A stretch of DNA of 64,000 bases, taken from NCBI GenBank assembly GCA_963745075.1, contig CAVUWV010000015.1, positions 160,001-224,000 of the forward strand, given 5' to 3'. The translations under genes and the position numbers were made by a program. The DNA is from Candidatus Hydrogenedentota bacterium. Its GTDB lineage: Bacteria; Hydrogenedentota; Hydrogenedentia; Hydrogenedentales; SLHB01. The notes under the pieces were generated by a model. It searched no databases and was not told the origin of the DNA. It saw nothing but the letters and a program-made list of their open reading frames with translations. Below are positions 40,126 through 49,752 of this stretch, one piece after another. The number at the start of each line of letters is the position of its first letter. Positions within the stretch are counted from its first letter, which is position 1.

Positions 40126-41478
40126 CTAGATGTGCCAATTCCCGCGCATGGCGCGCTTCAACTTCCGTTCCGCCGTGGGATCGTTGGGGAAGGTCTCCGC
40201 CGCCGGATCCCAGTGCACTTCGCGTCCCAACTGCATGGCGATATTGCCGAGGTGCGCGATGGTAATCGCCCGGTGCGCCGCATAAATTGGCGCAACACAC
40301 TCTTCCCGGCTGCGCACGCAATCGAAGAAGTTCTGCGCGTGATTCTCGCTCTTGTACAAGTGGATTTCGTTGTCGCCGATCTTGGAATCCAGGATCGACG
40401 CCGGCTTGGCTTCGAGCGTGTCGCCGCGCCGCACGTAAATTTCGCCCTCGGTGCCGATGAAGCGGCATCCCATCGGGAAGGTCGCCTGATCCGCAACGAG
40501 CATCGTGAAACCGTCCGGAGCGACTGGACTCGCGCCCGGCGCATACGTGCACTCGAGGTTGTAGTTAATCGCGGCGTCGTACAAGCCCTCGGTCGGAAAC
40601 ACGCCCGTCCCTTTCACGGAAATGGGGCCGGTGTGTTCGGTGCCCATGCCCCAATTCGCGATGTCGCAGTGGTGGGCGCCCCAGTCCGTCAATTGTCCGC
40701 CCGAGTAATCGAGAATCCACCGGAAGTTCCAGTGGCAGCGCTTCTCGGTGTACGGCGCATCGGGCGCCTGGCCCAGCCAGAAGTTATAGTCAAAACCGTC
40801 GGGAACCGGCATGACCGGCTGCAACTCGATGGCGTGTCCCGTCGGAAGACCCACTTGCACGGTATGCACGGTGCCGACGCGACCGTTGCGCACCAGTTCG
40901 CAGGCCCGGTGGAAATTCGATTTGGACCGTTGCCAGCTACCCGTCTGCCACACCGTGCCATAGCGGTGAATGGCGTCGACCATGGCCCTGCCTTCGTTGA
41001 TCGTCAAGGCCAAGGGCTTCTCGGCGTAGATGTCGAGCCCCTTTTTCGCGCAGGCAATCGCAGGCATCGAGTGCCAATGATCCGGGACCGCGATGGACAT
41101 CCCATCCAAGTCATCGCGCTCCAGGATCTCCCGAAAATCGTTGTAGCCTTTACAGTCCTTGTTGCCATACGCGTCATTGATGATGTTCTGCGCGTTCTCA
41201 CGATGCCCGCGGTCAACGTCGCACACGGCAACGAACTGTGCCTCGGGAAAATTGAGGAAGCCCTTGAGATTTCCCGTGCCCTGGCTGCCGACGCCGATGC
41301 ACCCCATGACGATGCGGTTGCTGGGCGCGACCGTGCCGTCCTTGCCCAGCGCCGACGCCGGGACAATCATGGGCGCCGCCACGGCCGCCACTGACGCGGC
41401 GGTGGTCCGTTTCAGAAAGTCCCGGCGGCTAAGTGCCGACGCGGACGTTCCTTCTTGTTTCGAACTACGCTTCTTCAT
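40126..41478 (-). CDS. Tat-exported Gfo/Idh/MocA oxidoreductase
   Basis: SRRDFLK; IGVGSQG, VPDHWH, YAEKP, QTGSWQRS, DWGAHHCD. Confidence 0.93.
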   Translation of the reverse strand: MKKRSSKQEGTSASALSRRDFLKRTTAASVAAVAAPMIVPASALGKDGTVAPSNRIVMGCIGVGSQGTGNLKGFLNFPEAQFVAVCDVDRGHRENAQNIINDAYGNKDCKGYNDFREILERDDLDGMSIAVPDHWHSMPAIACAKKGLDIYAEKPLALTINEGRAMVDAIHRYGTVWQTGSWQRSKSNFHRACELVRNGRVGTVHTVQVGLPTGHAIELQPVMPVPDGFDYNFWLGQAPDAPYTEKRCHWNFRWILDYSGGQLTDWGAHHCDIANWGMGTEHTGPISVKGTGVFPTEGLYDAAINYNLECTYAPGASPVAPDGFTMLVADQATFPMGCRFIGTEGEIYVRRGDTLEAKPASILDSKIGDNEIHLYKSENHAQNFFDCVRSREECVAPIYAAHRAITIAHLGNIAMQLGREVHWDPAAETFPNDPTAERKLKRAMRGNWHI

Positions 41479-41578
41479 TCGCTGTCCTCCTCGCTATTTT
41501 CGGTATGCGGAGATCGCTCTCGGGTTAGATTTCCCGAGCATACCTCATTCTGAATCCATAATTCTCAATGCGTGTTTG

Positions 41579-44500
41579 TCAATGCTCGCTCGCGCCACGC
41601 CGCTCGGGCAACAGCCAGACTTCGTTGTTGAGCGACTGCAGAAAGGCCATCAGGTCCAGCAGTTCCTGCTGGGTCACGCCCGCGTCCAGTCCTTCCGGCA
41701 TGACCGACACGGGCGACGGAATCATCGACAGGATCTCGTCACGCGGAATGCGGACTTCCTCGTCCGCGGCGACTTTCAGCGTGATGGCGTCTTGCGTCTC
41801 GCGCCCGATGACTCCGGAGAAGGTCTCCCATTCGGTCTTTACTGTATACGGTTCGTAGGTCGGAACAAAACTCGCGCTCGGAAACAGCACCGCCTCCAGC
41901 AAATCGTGCCCCGAACGGACCGCCCCGATGGTGGTCAGATCCGGACCCAGATTACCGCCTTCCTCGCCCACCGCGTGGCAGGTGCTGCACGCGACCTTGT
42001 CGCCGAAGAATATCCGACGGCCGCGGCCCACGTCCCCCGTCTCCAGCAGGGGTTCCAGCGCCAGCAGCCGCTCGATGCGCGCTTTTTCCTCGGCCTCGGC
42101 CTGCGCCCGCAGCGGTCCCGCGGCCAGTTGCACGGAGTCCGGAAACTTCGCCAATAAGTCGTCCACGCCGCCGGGAATCAGATTGGGATTGATGGGAGCG
42201 TGTTGCAGACTCTTCACCAGCGCAAGCCCGACCGACGCGTCGTCGGAATCGCGGAATGCGTCCAGTAGCGCGGAAAAGGAAAGCGCGTCCGCTTTGGGTA
42301 GGCAATGGGTCGCCAGCCGGCGAAGCTGCTGCACGTCCAGTTCCGCGTTGGCCAAATCCTTCCCCGCCGAGAGCCGGACCGCCGGTTCGATGTCCGCGTT
42401 CAGGCACGACACGAGCATTTCAAATTGCGCGGTCCCGAGTTTCGGTTTCCGTTGGATCACCGTGCCGAGCGCGTTCACTCGCAAGCCGAGCGGCCGATCG
42501 GCGTCGTTCACGATGTTTTCCAGCTTGTCGTCGAACTGCGTCAAGTTGCGGCTGCGGATCAGATTGGCCGCGCGCCACCGCAGTTGTTCGTCCGCCGCGT
42601 CGAGATTGACCGCTACCGCGTCCACCCAGGATGCGGGCAACTCGCTGAGCGTCGATTTATCCACTACGTCGAAGAGGAAGAGGCGCCGCGCCGGTTCAAC
42701 CGTCTCGTCTTTCAGCATATCGGCCATCAGATCCTGAACCGCCGCGTCGCCCGCGTAAGCCAACAGAATTTCATTAAGCGACCCGGCCTTTTCCACATCG
42801 AAGGTCTCGGCACGAAGCTGGTCTTCCAGAAACGAAATCACAACGTCCGACCAGTCCGGATGACGCGACGCCACCCAAAGCCCCGTCTTGCGCATGGCCT
42901 CGTCATCGGCGGCCAGAAAGGGCACCACGTCGTTTTTGGAGAGCAAGGAACTGTTCAATTGGTCCAACACGATCAGTGCGGCCTTGCGGACCTGCGGTGC
43001 GCCGTTCTTCAGCGCATCAGCGGCGGGCTGCTCCGCATCCAATTCGATCGCGCCGTAAATCAAGCCGTGCTCTTCAAACCGATCCGCCGCATGGGCGCAG
43101 GCCGCCAACAACGCCGGCGCCGATGCTCTCGCCCCGATTCGTCCCAAGGCAAGCGCCGCTTCCCGCCGTACGCCGGGGTCGCTGTCCGTAAGCGCAGCCG
43201 TGAGTGCTTCGGCAGCTTGCGGGTCCCGGTTCATGCCAAGGGCGTGGGCCGCGTCCATCCGAACAGCGTACGACGGGTCACTCAGCGCTTCCCGCAACGA
43301 TCGTAATGCGCCATCAGTTGCGATACGGCACAGCGCCCAGACCGCCGCGGCACGTTCCACTTCCGATTCGCTCCGCTCCCGCGCCTTCGTCAGCGGCTTC
43401 ACCGCATGGTCTCCGGCTGCGGCCAGCAGTTCAAGCGCACGCGAGCGAACGCGCGGTCGCGGATCGTCGAGATAACCCACGATCGCTTTCGGACGCTTCG
43501 TTTCCAGCTTTTCTTCCCTCCCCCACGGATCGTCCACGACCGGGACGTCGTCCTTCCGAATGCGATAGATCGTGCCGCGCACATTCGGCTTGGACACGCG
43601 CGAGATCGGGCACGCATCCACGTACCACGCGCCGGTATCGGACACGAGCAGGCTGCCGTCCGCGTCTTCCACTACATCGGTGGGATAGAAATCCGGATTG
43701 GACGACGCCAAGAAGTCGGAGTCTTCGGTGCGGTACGTACTCGACTCGCGAATCAACAGATGATGCTGCACCCGATGCGGGTTGAACTGCGCGCTGAACA
43801 AGTTGCCCTTGTACTCCGCTCCCCACGAATCGCTCTGGTACCGTATCAGCCCTGCGGGCGCGATCCGCGCGAACTTTGTCATCACCGGCATGAGGTCGCC
43901 GGTGCGGATGAACTCGGACACGCATTCGTGGTACTTCGGATAGACACCGCCTTCGACCCAATGCATCAAGGCGTCGCGTTGACCGTTCTTCGGGTCGGTG
44001 AAATAGGTCATTGTGCCGAACATATCGCCGCTGTCGTTCCAGACAAGTTCGACCGGGTTATCGAACCCGCCGCCCGCGACCCGCTCCAACTGCGTGCCGT
44101 CGGGACGGCACCGCCAAATCCGCGACGCGAAGCCTTCCAACAGTTCGCCCTCTTTCGTCGCGATCGTGTACCCGTGGCGGCCGTGGGTCAGGTATAGCCA
44201 GCCGTCCGGACCGAGGAACGGGCCGTGGAGACTCGCCGTGTTGAGCACGTTCCACCCCGTGAGCAGGACTTCGCGCTCGTCGGCCACGCCGTCGCCGTCC
44301 GTGTCTTTGAACCGGAAGAAGTCCGGCGGCGACGCCACGTAAACGTTCCCCTGATAACACAACACGCCCATGGGCAGGCTGAGTTGGTCCGCGAACACCG
44401 TGCGTTTGTCGAACACGCCGTCATGGTCCACGTCTTCGAGCATCAGGATCATGCATTGCGGATTCGCCACCATCTCCTTGCCGGACTCGTCCTTCCCTGA

Positions 44501-44713
44501 AGACTCCGCGATGAACAAACGGCCCCGATCGTCGAGCGTCATCAGCATGGGATAAGAACTCAGTTCCGGCCCCGCCGCGATTTCCACATGAAACCCGTCG
44601 GGAACGCTCAACGCCGCCAACGCCTCCGGGCCGTCGGCATATGCGGGACTAAGTCCAAGGAATAAGGCGAGAAAGATGCAGGCGATGAATCGGGGGATGG
44701 TAAAGATCTTCAA
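41579..44713 (-). CDS. PVC-type heme-binding CxxCH protein (dehydrogenase-like beta-propeller, HEAT repeats, cytochrome c)
   Basis: VPDGFHVE, LEDVDHDGVFDK, DTDGDGVAD, GPDGWLY, HEAT repeats, CSTCH, GPDLT, SVMPEGL; AGGAG plus TTG 44713. Confidence 0.9.
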   Translation of the reverse strand: MKIFTIPRFIACIFLALFLGLSPAYADGPEALAALSVPDGFHVEIAAGPELSSYPMLMTLDDRGRLFIAESSGKDESGKEMVANPQCMILMLEDVDHDGVFDKRTVFADQLSLPMGVLCYQGNVYVASPPDFFRFKDTDGDGVADEREVLLTGWNVLNTASLHGPFLGPDGWLYLTHGRHGYTIATKEGELLEGFASRIWRCRPDGTQLERVAGGGFDNPVELVWNDSGDMFGTMTYFTDPKNGQRDALMHWVEGGVYPKYHECVSEFIRTGDLMPVMTKFARIAPAGLIRYQSDSWGAEYKGNLFSAQFNPHRVQHHLLIRESSTYRTEDSDFLASSNPDFYPTDVVEDADGSLLVSDTGAWYVDACPISRVSKPNVRGTIYRIRKDDVPVVDDPWGREEKLETKRPKAIVGYLDDPRPRVRSRALELLAAAGDHAVKPLTKARERSESEVERAAAVWALCRIATDGALRSLREALSDPSYAVRMDAAHALGMNRDPQAAEALTAALTDSDPGVRREAALALGRIGARASAPALLAACAHAADRFEEHGLIYGAIELDAEQPAADALKNGAPQVRKAALIVLDQLNSSLLSKNDVVPFLAADDEAMRKTGLWVASRHPDWSDVVISFLEDQLRAETFDVEKAGSLNEILLAYAGDAAVQDLMADMLKDETVEPARRLFLFDVVDKSTLSELPASWVDAVAVNLDAADEQLRWRAANLIRSRNLTQFDDKLENIVNDADRPLGLRVNALGTVIQRKPKLGTAQFEMLVSCLNADIEPAVRLSAGKDLANAELDVQQLRRLATHCLPKADALSFSALLDAFRDSDDASVGLALVKSLQHAPINPNLIPGGVDDLLAKFPDSVQLAAGPLRAQAEAEEKARIERLLALEPLLETGDVGRGRRIFFGDKVACSTCHAVGEEGGNLGPDLTTIGAVRSGHDLLEAVLFPSASFVPTYEPYTVKTEWETFSGVIGRETQDAITLKVAADEEVRIPRDEILSMIPSPVSVMPEGLDAGVTQQELLDLMAFLQSLNNEVWLLPERRGASEH

Positions 44714-44809
44714 GGGCAAAACTCCTACTGATTGGGATTGATATGGTGAATTCTGAGTGATCGAGTTTCGAAGTCCCGGGTGGTCGTGATGGTCTGGCAA
44801 TGGCCCGCT

Positions 44810-45045
44810 AAGAACATCCCCCTTGATCCCCCTTCAAAGGGGGAAACTCGCGCACGTGCGTTTGAGGTGAAATTCGTCGTGAACTTCTCCGAATTCGGGT
44901 GACTACGAGGTCCGAGCACGCGACGCTTCACGTCGTATTTCACGGCCGGGAAGATCCCTGTCTCGGAGCCCATCGCAACACGTTTAGCCACAAACGGGCA
45001 TATGCAAAACTCCCCCTTTGAAGGGGGATCAAGGGGGATGTTCTT
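44810..45045. repeat. REPIN/MITE-like element, copy 3
   Basis: AAGAACATCCCCCTTGATCCCCCTTCAAAGGGGGA and its reverse complement at the ends; interior homologous to copy 2. Confidence 0.92.
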
Positions 45046-45086
45046 GATTCCTTCTGTTTGTGTTGCGACGTACCGAAAAGCCGCCA

Positions 45087-46712
45087 TCACGCGAGCGCCT
45101 TCTTCAAAAAGTTATGCGTGATCCGCTCGACCCGCGCATCCGGACCATGCGGCCGGCCGTTGTGCGCGTAGGGCAACATGTGCCCCGGTGGACTGCTCAA
45201 CCCTTGCGCCCAGTAAATGGTCGACGCGTTAAACACCCAGTTCCCCTTCGGGCCGGGATACAACGTCGCGGTCCAGTGCGCGACCTCCTCCGCGCCGTTG
45301 ACGGCGTCGCCTTCCGCAATAACTTTCAATTCCTCAATCGGCGCAGGTTCGCCGTGGAACTCCCACCCCACAATGCCCGGGATGCGATCGCCGTTCTTCA
45401 TGCCGGTGCCTTCGAATAACCAGCACGTGTCGTCGGACACAATCCAGTCGCCGGACCCGTTGAACGGCATAATCGTCCGCGCGCCGATGAGGTCCCGTTC
45501 GTCCGGCCCTTCCATGGGGAAGGGTCCCATCACCTCGGCCTCCTTCTCGCTGACGCCGCCGAAACAGCCCTCCCGCGTGAACGTGCGGTGCGGCTGCCCC
45601 GTCGAACTCGGCGACAACGGCGACACGAAGCAGCACGTGTTACCGGAGAGAAACGCCACGTTCACGCCCGCGTCCACGGCGGCCTTCACGTGGTGGTACT
45701 GTTCCAGGCTCCAATACTCGTCGTGGCCGACGGACAAAAAGGCCTTGCCCCGCGTGACGCAGGCGGGGTCGGCATGCACGTCCGTGTTCGAGCAATACGT
45801 CACGTCGTAGCCTTCCCGCTCCAGCCAGAACGCCAGCGGAAACTCCCACAACAAAAACTCGCCGGACCCCTGCGACAAGGGCGCGTCGACGACCTGGCAA
45901 TATTTTCCATAGGGCCGGTCGTAGCTCACGCGGATGCCGGGTTTCAACGCCCATTCGGACTCGCCGTCGTCGTAGAGTGCAAAGTTATCCGGCCAGCGGT
46001 TGTAGGCCTGCCACGTGTTGTCGCTGCATTGAAACACCACGTCGGCCTTCCGGTCGTCGCGGACGATAAAGATGATGTAACTCTCGCACCGCCCCTCGAC
46101 GAGCCGCAGCTTGCCGAGGTACACCCCGCTCACCCAGTCCTCGGGAATGGTGATCGTCGTGCACGGCGTCCACCGGCACTCGCGCAGCCGCTCCTCGCCC
46201 ACCGGCGGGTCCTCCTGCGCCACGCCCTCGAACGGCCCCAGCGACAGCACATGCCGCCCGCCCGCGCCGCCGTAATACCCCATCCGGTACAGGTCGATCG
46301 TGAACGATGCCCCCCTCGCCCCCCGACTTTCGCGGAGGCTTTGCGGAGCGGGGACTGACCCCGTCTTTCGCGAAGGCTCCGCGGAGCGAAACGCGGGGTC
46401 TGTCCCTATCCCCATCCCAGTCCCTAGCCCGTCAGCCTTCACACTCACCATGATATCCAGCGACTCCCCCGCACGCACACTCGCCCGCGACACATACCCC
46501 TCGATCCACGGACACCGGTACTGCGTCGCCGGATCCACCCGCGTATACGTCAACTGCCAATCCGTCGTCCCCGGCAGTTTGTTCTCCCTACGAATCACAT
46601 CCCGCCGCGCCGCGTCCACCATGCTCACACCTCCCGTCCCCGCCCCCAACGCCGACGCAATCCCCACCGCCGCCGCACCTTTCAACACGGTCCGCCGGGT
46701 CAGCTCACCCAT
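45087..46712 (-). CDS. Tat-exported N,N-dimethylformamidase beta-subunit family domain protein
   Basis: TRRTVLK; ENKLPGT, YRMGYYGG, SGVYLGKL, TWQAYNRW, VSYDRPY, WLEREGYDVTY, SVGHDEYWS, FLSGN. Confidence 0.85.
   Translation of the reverse strand: MGELTRRTVLKGAAAVGIASALGAGTGGVSMVDAARRDVIRRENKLPGTTDWQLTYTRVDPATQYRCPWIEGYVSRASVRAGESLDIMVSVKADGLGTGMGIGTDPAFRSAEPSRKTGSVPAPQSLRESRGARGASFTIDLYRMGYYGGAGGRHVLSLGPFEGVAQEDPPVGEERLRECRWTPCTTITIPEDWVSGVYLGKLRLVEGRCESYIIFIVRDDRKADVVFQCSDNTWQAYNRWPDNFALYDDGESEWALKPGIRVSYDRPYGKYCQVVDAPLSQGSGEFLLWEFPLAFWLEREGYDVTYCSNTDVHADPACVTRGKAFLSVGHDEYWSLEQYHHVKAAVDAGVNVAFLSGNTCCFVSPLSPSSTGQPHRTFTREGCFGGVSEKEAEVMGPFPMEGPDERDLIGARTIMPFNGSGDWIVSDDTCWLFEGTGMKNGDRIPGIVGWEFHGEPAPIEELKVIAEGDAVNGAEEVAHWTATLYPGPKGNWVFNASTIYWAQGLSSPPGHMLPYAHNGRPHGPDARVERITHNFLKKALA
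46308..46432. repeat. In-frame palindromic (REP-like) insertion within the dimethylformamidase-family gene
   Basis: GGGACTGACCCCG/CGGGGTCTGTCCC IR (46351-46406), 24 bp near-duplicate 46327-46350/46365-46388, degenerate GGGNNN hexamers. Confidence 0.75.
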
Positions 46713-46853
46713 TGGGAATCACCTCCGAATCCCACGGATGCACTTCGCCCGTGGGGAATACCAATCATTCATTCCAACCTTGCAGCCGCGCGTCGCGCAG
46801 AGAGGTGCTTTGTAGCATGAACGGGCAGGAGGGTTCCATTGGATAGAGCGACA

Positions 46854-48440
46854 TGTCGAAACTCTTTGATAATGTCCCCTGGAAAACTCATTAGAAATGT
46901 CCCCATGGTTGCGGCCTTAGAAAGGAGGCTGCGTGGAAGGGGACATTTTGATGAGTCGCAAGGAGCGTACGCGCAAGTCGGTGTTGGATCGTGTGAAGAG
47001 TGGTGCGTTGAAGCTGCGTGAGGCGGCGGAGATGCTGGGGTTGAGCTACCGGCAGTGTAAGCGGGTGTATGCGCGGTATCGCCGGGAAGGAGATGTAGGG
47101 CTGGTTCACCGGCGGCGCGGGAAGTCGTCTGCGCGGGCCAAGCCCCCGGAAATGCGGGAGAAGGTGCTGGCGCGTTACGAGGAGCGCTACAAGGGCATGG
47201 GTCCGACGTTGGCGGCCGAGAAGCTGGCGGAGGAGGGTTTGGTGCTGGACCACGAGACGCTGCGGCGCTGGCTGATTGCGGCGGGGCTTTGGCAACGAGC
47301 CCGCAAACGGGGTCCCCATCGAACGCGGCGGCCGCGTAAGGAGCACTTCGGAGAGTTGGTCCAGTTCGACGGCAGTCACCACGCCTGGTTCGGTCCCGAC
47401 TATCCCCGAGCGTGTCTGATGAATCTGGTGGACGACGCCACGGGGCGTACCTTGGCTACGATGGATGTCCAAGAAACCACCGAGGCTGCCATGCGGACCC
47501 TGTGGAAGTGGATTGAGCGTTACGGCGTCCCCAAGGCGCTGTATTGTGACCGCAAGACCGTATATGTCACGGAGCGCGAACCGACGGTGGAAGAGCAGTT
47601 GGCGGACGAAGAACCCTTGACCAGCTTCGGAAAAGCCTGTAAAAAGCTGGGAATTCAGATCATTACCGCCTACAGCCCTCAAGCCAAAGGCCGGGTGGAA
47701 CGCAATCACGGCGTCTATCAAGACCGCCTGTTCCACGAACTGCGCTTACGCCAAATCACCACCATTGAGCAGACCAATGCCTTACTGGAAAACGGCTTCG
47801 TCGACCACCTCAACGAAAAGTTTGCCCGTCCCGCACAAAAGACGCATAACCTCCACCGTCGGCTCCCCAAGAACGTCGACCTGCGCGACGTGTTCTGCTT
47901 TGAAGAGTACCGTACCGTGGGCAATGACTGGACCGTTCGTCACCAAAACCGCTTTTTCCAAATACACAAAACCAAGAAGCACTTGCCCAAACCGAAGCAC
48001 AAGGTCCTCGTACGCACTTGGCTCGATGGAAGCATTCACCTCGTGTACAACGGTCACAAACTCGACTATGAACAACTCGACGAACCGCCGTGCAGACCCG
48101 CCAAGCCCGCCGCGAAAAAGCCCAAGGCCAGCACCCCCCCATCAAAACCAAAACCCCGCCACGACCACCCATGGCGCAAGCGGCGCGTGGCATGATGGCC
48201 AGTGGCATCGGAAAGAACCAATGAGTTTTTCGCTTTGCAGGATTCCGGTTACAAAAAGCCGGGACAGCCACCCCACCCGGGGTGGCTGTCCCGGAACCGT
48301 CTATCCACCTGACGGGCGCTCAGGTCGCTCTCCAGCGTTGCCCTATCCTCCCGCCAAGTCCACCTACTGTAGCAGAAAACAAAAAACAGGGGACATTTCT
48401 AACGAGTTAACACCGGGGACATTTTAATCGAGCTTTGACA
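46854..48440 (+). mobile_element. IS1202-family (ISNCY) insertion sequence
   Basis: Ends TGTC...GACA; internal AATGTCCCC/GGGGACATT repeats at both ends; flanks TTGGATAGAGCGACA (46839-46853) and TTGGGATAGAGCGACA (48441-48456). Confidence 0.88.
46933..48195 (+). CDS. DDE transposase (ISNCY/IS1202, rve-like)
   Basis: N-terminal HTH; GELVQFDGSHH, VDDAT, LYCDR, SPQAKGRVER; AAAGGAGG RBS. Confidence 0.93.
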   Translation: MEGDILMSRKERTRKSVLDRVKSGALKLREAAEMLGLSYRQCKRVYARYRREGDVGLVHRRRGKSSARAKPPEMREKVLARYEERYKGMGPTLAAEKLAEEGLVLDHETLRRWLIAAGLWQRARKRGPHRTRRPRKEHFGELVQFDGSHHAWFGPDYPRACLMNLVDDATGRTLATMDVQETTEAAMRTLWKWIERYGVPKALYCDRKTVYVTEREPTVEEQLADEEPLTSFGKACKKLGIQIITAYSPQAKGRVERNHGVYQDRLFHELRLRQITTIEQTNALLENGFVDHLNEKFARPAQKTHNLHRRLPKNVDLRDVFCFEEYRTVGNDWTVRHQNRFFQIHKTKKHLPKPKHKVLVRTWLDGSIHLVYNGHKLDYEQLDEPPCRPAKPAAKKPKASTPPSKPKPRHDHPWRKRRVA

Positions 48441-48715
48441 TTGGGATAGAGCGACAACCGGAAGTTCCCGAACACAGAATTGGCCCGTCAAGTACTGGGC
48501 GCATCCCAGAGACTTGTCAATTCTCGGATTCGTAGTAGAAAAATGGTAGTATGATCGCTCAGTGTTATGTGACGTGGTCGAGTCTAGTCGGAAGATCGGA
48601 GCCCAAACGCAACAATGACCGAACCTAGCGCCATAGTTCCGGAAAGGCGGTTCCCCGAATGCACGACAAAGAACTGCTAGATGGACTTTTCTATCGCCTG
48701 AAAGACATCAAGGAC

Positions 48716-49357
48716 TCAGAGGGTATCCACCACATAAGTGAGCTTACGCTGGATGGCCAACATCCGCTGACTTATTACTCGGAGGTTACGCATCGCCACT
48801 TGTCTCTTAACTTCTACCGCGAAGTAGTCCGTTGAATCTGCTGAGGTTACCTTAAAATCAAAACCGCACCCCCAGCGAGTAGTGTCCTTTATTGAACAGG
48901 GGGCAAACTCTGTGAATTCTCGGAATCTGCTTCGAAAATATGCCTCCGCTGCCTCACCCGTAATCAATCGCCTCGCAAAAGTGGACTCAGGTCCACCAAT
49001 TTCTTGCTGTAACACCTCCGACAGTTCAGGGAATTGACAGAGTCTCTTATCTCGGGGAAGGAATCCCTGCACAACTTTGCCCAGTTCAGACATCGCAAAG
49101 CCCTTGTAACATTCCATAATGCGCTTGCAGTGTGTGCGCAACGGACGCTTGTGCCACCCCTGACGGGCGTTTGGGAAGTAGGGATCCAGTTCATCACGAT
49201 AATTCTTGATGGACGCGGGTTTTGCATCTAAGAGCAATCCAAGTGTATTGAACGCTTCCGTAAAACTACTGAACCCCAGATGGTGCAAACCCTCTTGATC
49301 GTACATTGAGAGATACAAGCCGCACACAATCTGACGGTCTCGATGGGTTAGGCGCAT
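48716..49357 (-). pseudogene. DUF3883 (NOV-C-like PD-(D/E)XK) protein, apparently 3'-truncated near 48805
   Basis: SIKNYRDELDP, TGEAAEAYF, GCGFDF, AVEVK then an unrelated-looking tail; lower GC than the flanks. Confidence 0.6.
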
Positions 49358-49752
49358 TTCCTAGATTCCAAAGTTTCTGGGCTGTTCGCAGGGCTATCAA
49401 TGTGCGACGCTACTGAGAAACGTAGATATACTGACGCGGTTACCTCTAAATAGTACAACTTGAATCGGAAACTGACAAGGAGATTGAGTTGGGGGAGCAG
49501 CGTGTTTGGCGCAATAGCCGATTTCACTTGAGGGCATAGGTCTGCATCCAACCTCATCATACGGATTGTACTGCGAGTATCCCCAAACCGCAAGAACAGT
49601 GAAGGTTGGTACCTTTGCAGTCGCAAACTCTCTATTTTACCGGGCTCATGGTTCGGAGCTTGCACCGCGCTGGAGACCGGCAGTCGTTCATCTCCAAGCT
49701 GATCGCCAATCTCGCGAGGTGCTGGAGATCGCCGACCCGCTGTTGGGAGGAA

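Noticed and set aside
18903..45045. CCCCCTTCAAAGGGGG repeats as a CRISPR array
   Set aside because: They are dispersed inverted pairs, not tandem direct repeats with regular spacers, and no cas genes are present
48545..48580. dif/xrs site targeted by the IS1202-type element
   Set aside because: Only a weak TTATGT match, no XerC arm, and ~100 bp from the IS end
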